The translations under genes and the position numbers were made by a program. DNA of 47,233 nucleotides from Chara braunii (Eukaryota; Plantae; Charophyceae), in contig BFEA01000001.1 in assembly GCA_003427395.1 (NCBI GenBank), positions 2,677,190 through 2,724,422 of the forward strand. Direction: 5' to 3'. The stretch's first letter is position 1. Every line of letters begins with the position of its first letter. Positions 34,801 through 47,233 of this stretch are shown piece by piece. Under the pieces are notes generated by a model. It ran no database searches, had not been told where the DNA came from, and saw only the letters and a list, made by a program, of their open reading frames with translations.

Positions 34801-37766
34801 TAGNTTGACTCCCGANTCCTCTTTCTGCNCAAGCTTCCCAAGGTAAACATCCTACTCCCCTCTCTCTCCTGCTAAATTCATGGATGCACCTGGTCGTTCA
34901 TGCGGCCAGGTTCATCTGAAGCCACAGAGGTTGGTATCTCGACCGAGAGGCGACTGCAGCAATCGTCCATGACACAATCAACACGCTCCTGATGACGCCC
35001 CACTCCATTGCTCACCAAATACTTAAAATGAGAATGAATCTTCCCCTAAAACGCGGGGAGATACATTGCATATCCTCGTAGTAAGACCTTCACTGCTGGG
35101 CGCAACTCTTATTGCTCGCAGCGCCAAATCTACTCATTAAGCTCGAAATCCAAGCTCACAGCCGGATTCGCCATCCCTTGAAACCCCCAAACTGAGTCCT
35201 CCCTTGTTTGTTTTCGTTCAGCAACGAGCCTGAAAGACATTTTTTCCTTTTATCTTTTCTCCTCTCCTCAACACCTTGGCGCACCTTCTTCTGCTATAAC
35301 TCCTATCCTACTATCCTAACGCCCAAACTAACTTCACCATCTGAATCGCAGTGCCCTAAAAACTTAAAATCGAGTCCTCACTCGCCTGTTTCCGTTAAGA
35401 AACGGGTGAGATCTGCCTTTTTCTCCCTCACTCCTTCCTCTGCCCGCCATCTCTGACTTCGTTCTCTTCTTCTCCCAGCTTACCTCCTTCGCCCCCCTTC
35501 CTTGAGCGCTACANAGGCCGANNGCGCACGGTCCCACACTGGCTGAAGTGAGAAGGGGAAGCAATCAGCTGCCTCGACGCCCGTACGCCCGCCTTTTTAA
35601 TGCCTCCCCAGAGGCTGATCGGGGCATTACACACAGCGGAGCATACTTTTTTTTTTTTTTTTTTATATCGTTCCAATTTTAATGGATGTCCCGGGGACTA
35701 ATGCAGGGCCACTGCCCCAAAATATTGGTATCGGGTTGACCGGTGCTAGGTAATTCAAGACGTAGCATTTTTGCTCATCTGCTTTTAGCAGAGTTCGAAC
35801 TCAAGTCTGTATTTCAACAATTCAAAGATGTGCCAAATGAGCTAGGCTCATTGGCCCCAACAACAGTCCCGGAACTGGCACTGAGCCTAGGTAATTCAGC
35901 ATTGCAGTTCTTTACTCATCTGCTACTAGTGCAGTTCGACTCAGGTCTGCAGTTCAACTTGAAGGGAGTACCAACTGAGTTGGGCACATTGGTTCCTTAA
36001 TCGGTTGCGGAACCAAACGCAAGTGGCTATGCCGACCTTCTCTGTACCGTTCCAATTTTAACAGTTGTCCCAAAGGACTGGCCCATGGGCGTGGCACTGG
36101 GACACCCCCACGGCTCTGGCTGGTCCCGGGTAACCCAGAACCATAGCATGCTCTTTATTTGCCTCAGTTGAACTTCGGACTCGAATCTGTATTTTTAACA
36201 GTTCATGGGTGTACGAACTGAGCGGGGCCAGCGGGTTCTTTGCCTGGCCAATCCTGGTACTAGATGCAGAAGTCACCACAGTCCCCCTCTTGCCCGGGTT
36301 TGGCCTCACTGTTGTGCAGTAAGACAGCTCCACAGCTCCAGCTACCCCGAGGGACACCTACTGAGAGAACCTGCTACTCGGTGGTCTGGCTAGCCTTCCT
36401 CCCTATACCTAGGTCCGATGAATGGTTGGCAGCGGTATAGCTGCGGGCCCCTACTGACACTTCCTCTGGCACCGCATGGCCCCGTCACAGTTCACCATCT
36501 TGTTAGTCCCAACGGGAACGCTCACACTGCGACTCCAGACCTACGAAAAAACGCAGATTTGGAATAGGCCGAACTTGAGGTTTTCGGGCATGGTTTAGAC
36601 CACACTACCGTACCTTCTCAAAGGGGACAAGGCCTCGCTTGTCTGCAGCAATAGCGGATCGGTACTTTGCTGGTCACACGGTGCCACTCACAGACCGTGC
36701 GCAAGAACTCTTCGGGAACGAGAGAGAAAATAAATAAATAAATAAATAAATAAATAAAATAAAATAAGTAAAATTTTAAAATAATAGCTAGGAAAACGGA
36801 TCGGGGAGGGGACCATTGGCACTTGGTCCTACCTCACGGGCCCGCTGCCGGACTTCCCAACAAAACCAAGGGGGATAGTCCCGCGGGACCCTCAACCCCT
36901 TGGTTCACTCCGTAGCGCTCCTCCACCGCTCCGCTGCATGCTGCTGGACTCAACCTTGGGATCCTCCTGGTGACAACTCAGTGACGTAACCTATAGGGCT
37001 AAGCCCAAGCCTGGAGGCAACAGGCTCAGTTCTCTATATGGAGAGTAATTGCATCCTGCCTAGGCCTGCCCGGGTATGCCAAGGCCACCACTTGGCTTAT
37101 TCCCAGAACCCCTGGCTTTGAAATGTCGCGTTCTGCTGCCTCAAGGGCAAGCGTTGCTCGGCCTACCACGCGCGTCGCCCCTTCATGCCACGGTCGCGGC
37201 CCGAGGCTCTCATAGCCTGCTGCGACCAACCCTTTTGTCGCCGCTTTGCCGGAGAACCCCGGCTTTTGTCCCTACTAACCCAGTTTGCATCATCTTCCCT
37301 CTCACTCCTCCGACGGCTCCGACCCCTGCTCGTATACAGTTGAGCTTAGTATTTACGCACTCCTTACCATGCGATCTTAAAAATGTCATTTTTTAGTGAG
37401 TAAACGAAAACTTTATTCTAGCCGTAGACCCATTGACCAACTCTGCGTCGACCGTGACTTTGTCAGCGGGCGCGAGGTTGCGGCCTGCAGAGCCTTGTCC
37501 GAGTTTCCAACTTACTTCTATCCTAGACTGCCGGTGGTTAGTTGTTTATACTAAATAGCTATTTGATTGAACTCACACATGCCCACAACGTGCATGCTCA
37601 CACACTCTCTAATCAAATTACGCATGCGTCTGCCACTTCCGACTTCAAGGAGTTAGTTGCGGCTGGACGAAACACACACCACTCTCTCAAATATCATCTT
37701 AGTCGCCTTTTCTGTGAGGTGCACAAAACATGCACAATTACCCTTGTAAGGGTATTGGTGCCGACA
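28869..37766 (-). repeat. 5' LTR of copy B (8.9 kb; terminal CA changed to TA; lacks ~1.4 kb present in the other copy)
   Basis: Inverted copy of 10492-20784. Homology stops at ...GGTGCCGACA 37766. Confidence 0.8.
31816..33066 (-). repeat. Second copy of the GGGT-loop hairpin array
   Basis: ccgccctaaccctagggtacg units, reverse complement of 16556-17805. Confidence 0.9.
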
Positions 37767-39075
37767 CCGCCATATTTTGATGTGAGCATCGACTTTGAGA
37801 AAACAATGAGCTGCAACCGTGATGGCATACCTCATTGGGATGCTTTCTTGTCAAAACAGAAAAATGTTTCATCTACCACAGAGTTTGTAGGGCTGGCAAT
37901 GTGGCTTTATCTCCAAGACCAAATTGACAAGTCAAAGTCACGCACATGCGGACCGTTCGACTTCGTTCTTGGAAAGGAGCCTTGATAAGAAAAGCGGTGA
38001 CTAGTAAATTTTTTGTGCTCCATAGTGAGGACGTGTTAGGACCCGAAGTTGTGGGGTTGTTGGCTCTTCGTCATTTTAAAAGAGAGGATGAGAAAGAAGT
38101 TGTGAAGTCTGTGTGTGACTTACCATGTATCGCAGCAAACGGAAACGAGTACATCATGTTGTCTCAATGGATTGATTTGCGTCTGTCTATCAATCGCGCC
38201 CACATCACTTTCAGCTTTCTAGCGGGTATCATCGAGATATTGGAAGAAGGGAGAGATGTACTGGAAATAAATGCAATCGAGTCTGGAAATCCTGAGTCAG
38301 TAGCGGACAAGGTTTTTGTCAATTCTTTAAACGTTCTTGTAGGGTCGGAGTCAAGCGCTGTGACTGGGTTTGTAAACGAATGTTGGGAATTGATGTTTGA
38401 GGAAATGAATGTAAGGGATGACACTTCGTCGTTCTCAACGATGGATGTTGCATGTGGGCAAATAGTAAGGGAGAGGGAAAGGGAAACTCCTTTAGCATGT
38501 TTGAGTTTCGCGCTTGAGTATAGAAATAAAGGACCGATGACAATCGGATTTGGGGAAAGCGATAATGAGGGGAAAAAGTGCAGCAACGAAATAAAGGATA
38601 ATGATGAGGACGATGGATTAGGAAAGTTCTGGAAGGAGAACGCGGACGAGTCTTTTTTTTCCGAGAGAGGATGGTGCTTGCGATTTTGCGTTTGGTATTG
38701 ACATTTGAGGAATGTCAGTCAACAATTCTCATTTGCTGTTCGGACGTAACACCTAATGGAGAGGCTCAGTTCAATTTTTTATCACGGTTATCATACCTGC
38801 ATCGAAAAGGGAAGGATCTTTCGAAGGGAGGGAAAAACTGGCATGTGTTGGTTAACAGAGATTTAGCGATGTCTGTGACGGGTGTGTTTGATGGTCGCGC
38901 TGGTTTTCTTGCGCAAGGTGCATTAAGTTGCTCACGTGATGTGACAGTCAGATCGCAGTCCGATGATGTTGTTTCTGTCATGGAGAAAGATGAGAATGAA
39001 ACTGAACATAATATAGAAAATGAGAAAATGGTCAACGGACACAACTGCAAGAGAAAGGGAGATAAAAGACTTAGA
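37767..39075 (+). pseudogene. Frameshifted ORF remnant of unknown function, 5'-interrupted by copy B
   Basis: Overlapping protein-like frames 37767-37985, 37946-38701 and 38671-39078; no motif recognised. Confidence 0.4.
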
Positions 39076-39697
39076 TAAAAACACGGGAGTTCGCGTTACT
39101 ATCAAGATGTGAATGTTGCACCGTAGTCCGACGACGTTGTGCCTTTCATATAGGTAGATGAGAGTTAGACCTGACACGATGTCGAGAGTTAGAACATAGT
39201 CAGCAAACTTCCATGTTACTGTCATTTACGCGTGAATAGAATAGTGGTGGAGAGTTTTAAGGAACTTTGTTCGTATACGGCCAAGCAAGTGTTTTTGTTG
39301 TGCTATGCTTAAGACAGATACTTTCAACATGTTTCTCGCCTCAAGAGTTTTTCTTAAAAAACATACGAGAAATAATAAGCAATATTTACACTTCGGACTC
39401 CTCTCCATTTTTGTTGCTTTGTTTGTGTGCTTTGTTTAAAATATGTTTCACAATTTTTGGAAATGAATGACTTACAGTTCTTTTGCAGTCGCACTTTCCC
39501 ACAATTTTCAACAAGTTTTTGTGATATGCGATTGGCGAAATTACAAACACGGTTTACATTTGTTCGAATGGTTATAAAATTAACACATTGGTTTGTGGCT
39601 TAATGTTTGGTAAACAGATGATCATATTATTCGAAGAGAGCGTATACCTTTCTTTCTCACATTCAACCGGATATCGAACCGTGCAGAAAATATTGTA

Positions 39698-42385
39698 TTG
39701 TGTTACGATTGTGGTCGTAGTTTTACATGCAGAAGCTTAATGGAGTCGCACAGGTCAAGAGGATGTTTAGCTGATAGACTTAATGAGTCATTTGTTGGTA
39801 ATCCAGACTATCGAAATAGAATGTCATCTGACGACTCAGAAGACGAAAATATAGCGAACATAGAAGAGAACGATAATGACATAGGCAATATGAACAATAG
39901 CGGTAATGTGAAAAACGACGTCTCAGGTGATGAATATCCTTCTAAGTTTCGTCTTGCTGCTGTCATTTGCTCTGCAAGAGGAGGTTTATGATTGTCAGAT
40001 AGTGATGTGGATGCATTACTTTCAGTTGTTTGCAACCCGTCATTCGATACAACTCAATTGTCGTACAAAAATTGTCGTACGTTCAAGTCATGGTTACAAA
40101 ATAAGAGTACAGATGATTCTTGGCAAAAGAATGATATGAGATTACAAGACTGGTCAGCACAATCCGAAACTCATCTTTAGTGGCGCAAATGGGATGTCAC
40201 ATATGAGGGTCTTATTCGACAGGCACTGCTAGAAGATAGGAACTATACGCTAGAGGCGGAATGGGTAAGTGAAGAATACGATATAGTCATAAAGAATCCT
40301 AAATCGGAAAACTTCTGGAAGAAAGCACAAGAAATAGTGCGAAACGATAAGGGATTGGATATCGGTGGACGAGAAAGATACGTAGTGTCATTTACTTTGT
40401 ATTCGGACAAAACTCATGTCGACTGTCGTGTGAAAACAACATATCATGTGATGTTGTCGATCACAGACAGACCGGAGTGGGCAACGTTACTTGCGTATTT
40501 GCCTGTTCTTCAAACTGTGTCTCATGTGAGAGGATGGACACATCAAGCTTTTGCGTTCGTTCGTAGAAAGAGACGTCTCTTTCATGATTGTTTGACCGTC
40601 ATACTCGAAAGTGCAAAAAGGGCATCTTATGATGGAATGCAAATGAACCTCCCGAGATATGACCAAGTGACCATACATCCGCTGCTGTTGAACTACCTGC
40701 AAGACCATCTGGAAATATGTCTTCTGGCGTTGATAAAGAATGACAGATGCCCAAATTGTACTGTCACATCGCTTAAGTTGCATGGGTACATGGATTGCAG
40801 CACAATTGTGAGGACCGAGAATGTTGATCGTGATATTATCCGTGATATCAATAGCGATAATGATGTGGTTGCACGTCAACGATCAACGGACCTAGCAGTT
40901 GAGTGAGACATGCATTACGAAGGAGTGAAGAACGATCTTTGGGAATTTTACCAGGGTCCTTTTAATGATATTCTAATGCTTGATTATTATTATGCATTAC
41001 AACCGGATAAAATGCACGCCATAGATCATGACATTTTTGAATATATGGTGGAAGGTTTGAAAACTTTCTGTAAGTCTTTCATAAATACGACGGCGATGCA
41101 AAGTGAGTTAGATGCTCAACTCAAGCAAATAAGCATTAGAGCAAACCGCACATTTCGAAAGTTTTTTTTGCCTCTGTCGACCGGGGCAGATTATTTCACA
41201 CGTGAGGGTAGGTTCGAAGGAAAGCAAAATAGAGTTGTTATGACAGTTCTCCTCTTTATTGTCCACAACTTTGTAGATAATTCTGAGGGGCAGGACATTG
41301 TGAAATGGTGTGACATGTTGTTGGAATACTACATTAGCATGTTTCGCGTCACGAAACATACAAAGTAATCTCTTGATAGATGCGATGTTCTTCTAACAGA
41401 TTTCATGAGCTTCACCAAAATCCGTTTTAGCCATTTACAAAAATTCAATTGGGACATTCCAAAAATACATGATATGAACAAATTTAGATCATCTGTGGAG
41501 CGATCAGGACTTTCCAACACATTTGTAGCTGACATTTGCGCAACCATATTCGTTTGTGCAAAGACCTTTACAAAGCATCAAATCGTCGAAACCCTTCAAG
41601 ACAGATGATGCGCCACATTCAAAAGACAGTCGTTCTAGAGGAACACATATATGTTGTCAGAAAAAAAAGAATTAAGAAAGATGAGAATTGGTCGGCGGTC
41701 ATGGAAGCAGAGAGAACAGGTCGTAATGTCAGCACATCAACCGACATTACGATGTTGAAACTGACATGGTTTACACTGAGCGAGAGGGAAATTGTCGACA
41801 AAGTCACATAAATATCTGCGGAAGGTGCTCAATTCTTGGTCGAAATGCCACATCGAGATCAATTTGTACAAGTTCTGCGTATATATATAACAGAGCAAGG
41901 TTTCGACGAAGTTCATGAGAACAATTTTATACGTCAAAGACTGCATGCAGCACTTGCAGCCTCGCACAATGGGTATCTTGAAGGGGCAGATGTGCGAGTT
42001 ATAAGAGCAACAAACAAGTTTCATGGTCGCGAGGTACGTAGTGACATTAGCATAAGGGCCGCCAACGATGATGTGCGGTATGCCTCTGTGTTAATGTTGT
42101 TTGTGATGCAATGCGTGAAAGAGGAACAAAAAGTGAAGGTGGAATGCGCATTTGTTCAGTGGTACAAGGATTGCGCCATGAACTTCACAAACCGAACAAC
42201 ATAAATTGGTGCAGTGGGAGAAGAACGGAGGTGTACAATGCACCAGGTTAATCGATATAGAAACTACTATTAAACCAGAGCATCCCGTACCATATTTCAA
42301 ACGTGCAACATTCAGCAATCACGCGGAATGCGCCGCAGAAGAGGAAGGACTGTTTTTTATAAACAGGTTCACAACAATCATATGA
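39698..42385 (+). pseudogene. Plavaka-type (CACTA/EnSpm-related) DDE transposase with N-terminal zinc finger
   Basis: CYDCGRSF..LMESH...C; TLYSDKTH; LLAYLP; RLFHDCLTVILE..K.AS.DG; HPLLLNYLQDHLE..L.LIK..RCPNC; PDKMH; IPKIH; NHIRLCKDLYKASNR; AFVQWY; FFINRF. Many stops and one frameshift. Confidence 0.8.
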
Positions 42386-42461
42386 GTCTGGCGTGTTTTT
42401 TGCAGCCTTATATATCGTTGTTATGCATTACATTCATACTGCAAGTATCATCGTCGAAGAA

Positions 42462-44661
42462 ATGGATAGGAAAAGGCGTCAGGACTTAGGACACGTAGTG
42501 CAAAGGGTAGTAGAGGTGGGACAACAAATGCCGCATACAAAGTGTCAGATCAGAAGAGGAAAGACAGAGCTGAAACCCCACCAGCCGCCCGGATCCAAGA
42601 GACAGAACGCACGAGAGGTGTTGCGGCTTCAGAAAAGAAGATTCTGAAATTCTCGAAGACATTGTCAAACGAGAGTGTGCAAAGGAAATATCATCTGTCG
42701 ATGTTGTCGTTATCAGTTGATGCATGGGAACTGGTTCTTTAGCAAAGACAGACAGTTGCATATATTCATTCACATTCAGAGATTGGACAAAAGGGAAGCT
42801 CGTCGGGTAGTGACAACGATTCGAAAATATTATCGGAGATGTGTCGTCAACGACAGTTAAGAATGAAAGAAAATACTTATCAAAACATGAGGAGAACGAC
42901 ATCCATAGGAGAGAAGAGGGTTAAAAATGTAGAGATGGGGAAGTTGGCAGACACAAATGTCGATGCAGCCCGTGCAGAAAACGTGTCTGAGAAAACTGCA
43001 TTTAACCCAATGTGTGTTGGCGATAGCAACATGAACGTTGCTGAGGAAAACGCCAACAATGCACAACAACAGGTGAGGAAAGTTTTGACACACGCACTCA
43101 AAAGTGATGCTCCGTTTGGCACGAGTGTTAAAACATTGTCTTCCAATGTTGACGAACAAGTACATAGTAGCGACATTTGAATTTGAAAGACGAACGAACG
43201 AAGATAGAAGCAAACAGTGAGGAAAGAGAAAAAAGTCAACAGCCTATTATAGATGTAGTAGAAAGTTCGATTCTTAGAGACGCACGGTGTGACAAGGAAA
43301 GAGTGACAACAAACATGGGTTCAACGGACATTGAAGAGATGATGAGAAAGAAAGAAACGGGGACCCGCTTGATAGTCTGTGATGACAACTTAGCAGGAAG
43401 TGGTCTTGACTGTTTTGATAACAGTAGAGTTTCGTGAGCAGCAATAGGAGGAGGATTGCGAAATCTGGAGACATTGAACCAGGAGTGCGATGCTAATGTG
43501 AGAGCAGCGGAGCAGCAGACACGAGACAAGGATAGCACGAATGTTGGAGGTTATAACGAGGACTCACGTGTACCGGATTGTAAAGGAAAAGAGGTATTAC
43601 CACATGTGATGCGGCCACAAAAGAAAGAGATACAAACGACAGAGACACATGCGGTGACAGATGGTGAACATAAAGCAATGGTGGACGCTCAAAGTGGCGA
43701 GGTTGTACAGTCAGACGAAGGCGGGACAATCTGTTACAGTAATGACGACAACAACAAGTCAAGCAACAAATTGGAATCAGAACACGGAGTGGTCCGTTTG
43801 GATGAAGACATTGATGAAGACAGAGAACCACTGAACGAGCAAGTCGACAAGTTGCCACCACCGACAATGACCACCGTCCAAGACTATTTTCCTTTCAAGT
43901 TGCATCCGACATATGCGGAGTCTTTCGTTTTACGCATAGATGATCTCCAATGTTTGGGGGCGAGGAAGTGATTGACAATGAATATCATAGACTTTTATCC
44001 ACAATATGTGTACGACATGCTCTTACACATGGGTGCTAACTTGTCGCAAGTAGAAGTACTATCAACGTTATGGTATAGCAGTATATTGAAGGATCATAAG
44101 GACGTAAGTATAACTACTATTCCTGATGATGAAGTCATAGCACAGTTTTGTGAGGAAAAAAAAACGGGCATGAAATCATTTTGGGAAAAGGAGGTGGTTA
44201 TAGTTTCCGTTTTGCACAACAAGCATTTCACTCTTTTAATAATCAACAATATAGGACCATTTTTTAAAGACCCGGAAATTATAGCTCAATCAGACGACGA
44301 CATTTATCATATGAACTCAAAAGAACGGGTGGGTGCACCGCCATTTGAGTCGTTGTTGACGCATCTGTTTTTCGAGCATATTGTATAAATGTTTTCACAG
44401 AAAGGAGAAGTGTGAAGAGAACGAGCAGCGCATGCTTGGAGGGCGATCGTTGACAATGGTATCACAAAATCTTATATTTATAACGTTTCTTGTCAACCGC
44501 AAAGGAACTCTGTGGACTGCGGGGTATTTATCGCAAGACTTATCAAGAGCATTCTTGACAGAATTGCGAACGATTCTGATTTTGATATAACAAAAAAAAA
44601 ATGGGTTCGACTTGTGAGCGTTTATGTTCAAGGAAGCCTTACGACCAACGTGGTGTTATAG
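42462..44661 (+). pseudogene. Ulp1-like SUMO peptidase (C48) with a long low-complexity N-terminus
   Basis: DDLQCL...*LTMNIIDFY, HNKHFTLLII, YHMNS and CQPQRNSVDCGVF (44491-44529) all lie in one frame interrupted by stops. Confidence 0.8.
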
Positions 44662-45282
44662 TTAAGGCTTTGGCAGCCGCTTATCCCAAGTCACGTACGA
44701 CACAAACAAGTGAAGAATTGTTTGCAGTTTTTAAAAAATATTCGTCAAGCCGGAAGATGGGAGTGATTAATAAATGAGGATGAAAAACAAAGATGAGTAT
44801 AATGAGATTTTTTACATGAGTGTGAAAGTTGACTTTCACCAAGTGAGTGAAATAATAGTGTCGATCACATAACGAAAAGTGTGTATACAATAAATAAAAT
44901 TTGCGATATTTACTAACCCGCTTACGAATATTGTATAGTTTGTAGATGAACTTGTCGTCAGAAATATAAGTAAAAATAATAATAAAATAAAAAATGTCTA
45001 ACATTTGATCATTGACCGTGTATGTTGTTGTGATGGTTGACAGAGTTACGATATCGTACTTTGAAGAGTGAGGAGAAAAAACAGAAATACTGAGAAATGG
45101 ATAACCGTGCATCCAATAGTGGTCGACATCGAACTGCACATCAAACGTGTAATGAAAGGAGAAACAACAATTTAGGAGGAGGCGTGCCAACACGGAAGGG
45201 GTTGGTGCGATGAACATTGGAACAGAAAGAAGATAATGAACAAGTCAAAGCATGAACAAGAAGATCGGTACAGAACGATACT

Positions 45283-47062
45283 ATGCGTAAACGAAATGCG
45301 GAACAATTGGAGGAATTTCGGAGGAGAAACACTGTGCAATTGCACCGTGAGGCCAGTAAACGTTTTCGTTCGAACGAGAGATTAAGAGAGGTTGATGATG
45401 AAGCTGTGTTGTGGAGGAGGGAGGAAAATAAAGAGAGGTTGATGGTGAAGTTGTGTTGCGGAGGAGGGAGGAAAATAAAAGAGAGGTTGATGCTGAAGCA
45501 GTGTTGCGGAGGAGGGAGGAAACGTTAGTGCAAACACATCGAGCAAAGATAGGAAGAAGACAAACATTGAGTGGGTTGAGTGGTCGCCCCAACAAAAAAA
45601 CGAAAAAATATGGAATGCGTGCAAAGCAAACGAAGCGGGCAAGATATTGAAGGGACTATGCGTCATGCACGTGATGAGGGAGATGAAGGAGAAAGTTCGC
45701 TGAAACAAGAAGACATGGAGATTTTTGGAGAGCAACAGTTTAACCATAAAAAACGTTGTATCTCTTACACCAGATGTGAAGATGAGGACGTCGACGATGA
45801 CGAAGATATGAAAGAAGAAGAATTAGAGGAAGAGCATGACAGTGATGACACCAATGACGTTCACGAAGCAAAAGGAGAAGATAATTATAATGAATATGAA
45901 GACACAAGTGTTGACGATGACCAACTAGAAAACAACGACAAAATATATGATCGAGCGATAGGTATAAATTCGCATTACCGCATTCTTTGTTAGAATTGTC
46001 TCATATTAGGATTTGTAGTTTGAATGAGTTGAATTGTATATTGTAATTGTCAAGAATTGATGCACTTGTAAGATATGTATACAACGTACTCTCCACATTG
46101 TGTATGCAACTCACGTGTGTATATCATGATGCTTGAAATTCTTGATGTCCACAGTGACACGGGAACGAGAGAGAGAGTCAGAGAAAGAGAAGCACGTCGA
46201 CAAGAAGCGTTCGTTGAAAGAATTGCAGACATTGCAAGCGGATTATAAAGTCTTGAAGCAAATGTTGCGCTGCTTTGCGAATACCTTTTGTTTTTCACTG
46301 GCACGTGACACTGAGTTGTACTCTTCCATTGATGACTATGTCGACACTTTTATGAAATTTGTGACACCGGTTGATATTGATACACAAGAAAGTGTTCATC
46401 GCATGTTCGAATGGAGAGGTGTGGGGATACTTCGTACCATGGGGTCGAGGGAATTGACGAACATTAGAGGAAAAATCAAAAATAATATCGTTAGAGCATT
46501 TTTTGTTGCACCAGGGATGTTTTTTCCATGTGGAAGCGTGAGAGATCGTTTAGATGTAAAACGAGAGGAGTTGCGTAAGAAAATGGAAGAAGATTTTTCA
46601 TGGCGAATGAAGGGAAATGAAGCATGGGGTACAAAAGAGTTCAGAAGTGTTGTAGAAGACTTGTTGTATAGAGAGTACAACGACGTGGGTCGGAAGGGTT
46701 GCACACTTCAATAACGTGCATTTGCGCATATGGTGTTGGATTGTAATATCAACAACAAAAGTCGACCTACTCGCACACCTCCAGCAACTCGAGAAATGAG
46801 AAAGATTGAAGAAGTCATTGTTTTAACATCTACATCGGACATCCGGAAAGTGACACTCAACGTTGTGTCTCTAGACAGAAAAAAAACAGTTCTGGAGAGT
46901 TCAACAAAAATATGGGAACGAAACTACACGAACAAGAACAAGATGAAAGATGAGGTAGTGCAGATGAAAAACGATCACATATTTATAGACATAGTTGGTG
47001 AGGATGAAAATGTGGAATGCGATGAGAGATTGCAAGAGGCGGATAAGACTCCGACGTTGTAG
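45283..47062 (+). pseudogene. Decayed ORF of unknown function (charged repeats, acidic tract, globular C-terminal part; possible intron 45962-46154)
   Basis: Consecutive + strand frames 45283-45993, 46133-46714 and 46730-47062; AT-rich GT...cacAG interval between them. Confidence 0.45.
45384..45522 (+). repeat. Three ~48-bp tandem units (REVDxEAVLRRREENK-like)
   Basis: aagagaggttgatg.tgaag..gtgttg.ggaggagggaggaaa at 45384, 45431 and 45479. Confidence 0.85.
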
Positions 47063-47169
47063 TTGATTAAAGGTCGGTGCATGACCTTAACATATGTGGC
47101 TCACAACGTGTGCGTGTGTGTGTAGTACGAGTTAAGAGCAAAAGAGCAAAATTATTTATTATGACACAC

Positions 47170-47172
<3 letters not shown>

Positions 47173-47225
<53 letters not shown>
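47173..47225. repeat. (GA)n microsatellite
   Basis: Perfect AG dinucleotide run of ~26 units, followed by an A run. Confidence 0.98.
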
Positions 47226-47229
<4 letters not shown>

Positions 47230-47233
47230 AAAA

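Larger units (their letters stand above)
21232..37766 (-). mobile_element. Ty3/Gypsy copy B: 5' LTR, PBS, gag-pro, pol and the start of the extra ORF; 3'-truncated
   Basis: Reverse-complement near-identity to 1-6511 and 10492-21233, with scattered SNPs and indels. Confidence 0.92.
37767..47062 (+). mobile_element. Decayed Plavaka-like DNA transposon region (boundaries not determined)
   Basis: Co-oriented transposase, Ulp1 and two unknown ORF remnants; AT-richer than the retroelement. No TIRs identified. Confidence 0.55.

Noticed and set aside
37767-37771. Target-site duplication for copy B (ccgcc)
   Set aside because: The other end of B is lost at the 21232 junction, so no matching copy can be shown.

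Overview
Eukaryotic, repeat-dominated window with no intact host gene. The proteins resemble what I remember of charophyte (Chara braunii-like) transposon proteins; this is an unverified inference. Positions 1-37766 hold three pieces of one family of very large, non-chromoviral Ty3/Gypsy LTR retrotransposons with an Athila-type tRNA-Asp primer site. Copy A (+, 1-20784) has gag, protease, a -1 slippery site, RT, RNase H, integrase, a second Gag-like ORF in the env position, a PPT and a ~10.5 kb LTR. A tandem stub C (+, 20785-21233) has a PBS and the first 20 gag codons and shares that LTR. Copy B (-, 21232-37766) is fused to C in inverted orientation, creating multi-kb inverted repeats. The LTR contains an array of 16 GGGU-type tetraloop hairpins whose stems covary; the last ten are spaced ~62-63 bp apart. 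Positions 37767-47062 are a decayed DNA transposon region with a Plavaka-type transposase pseudogene, an Ulp1/C48 peptidase pseudogene and two unknown ORF remnants, followed by a (GA)n microsatellite. The most promising candidate for an undescribed system is the retroelement architecture: giant LTR, multivalent hairpin array, duplicated capsid/nucleocapsid gene behind its own splice acceptor, and an HIV-like frameshift placed after the protease. Ns shared between copies warn that parts of the repeats may be assembly consensus.
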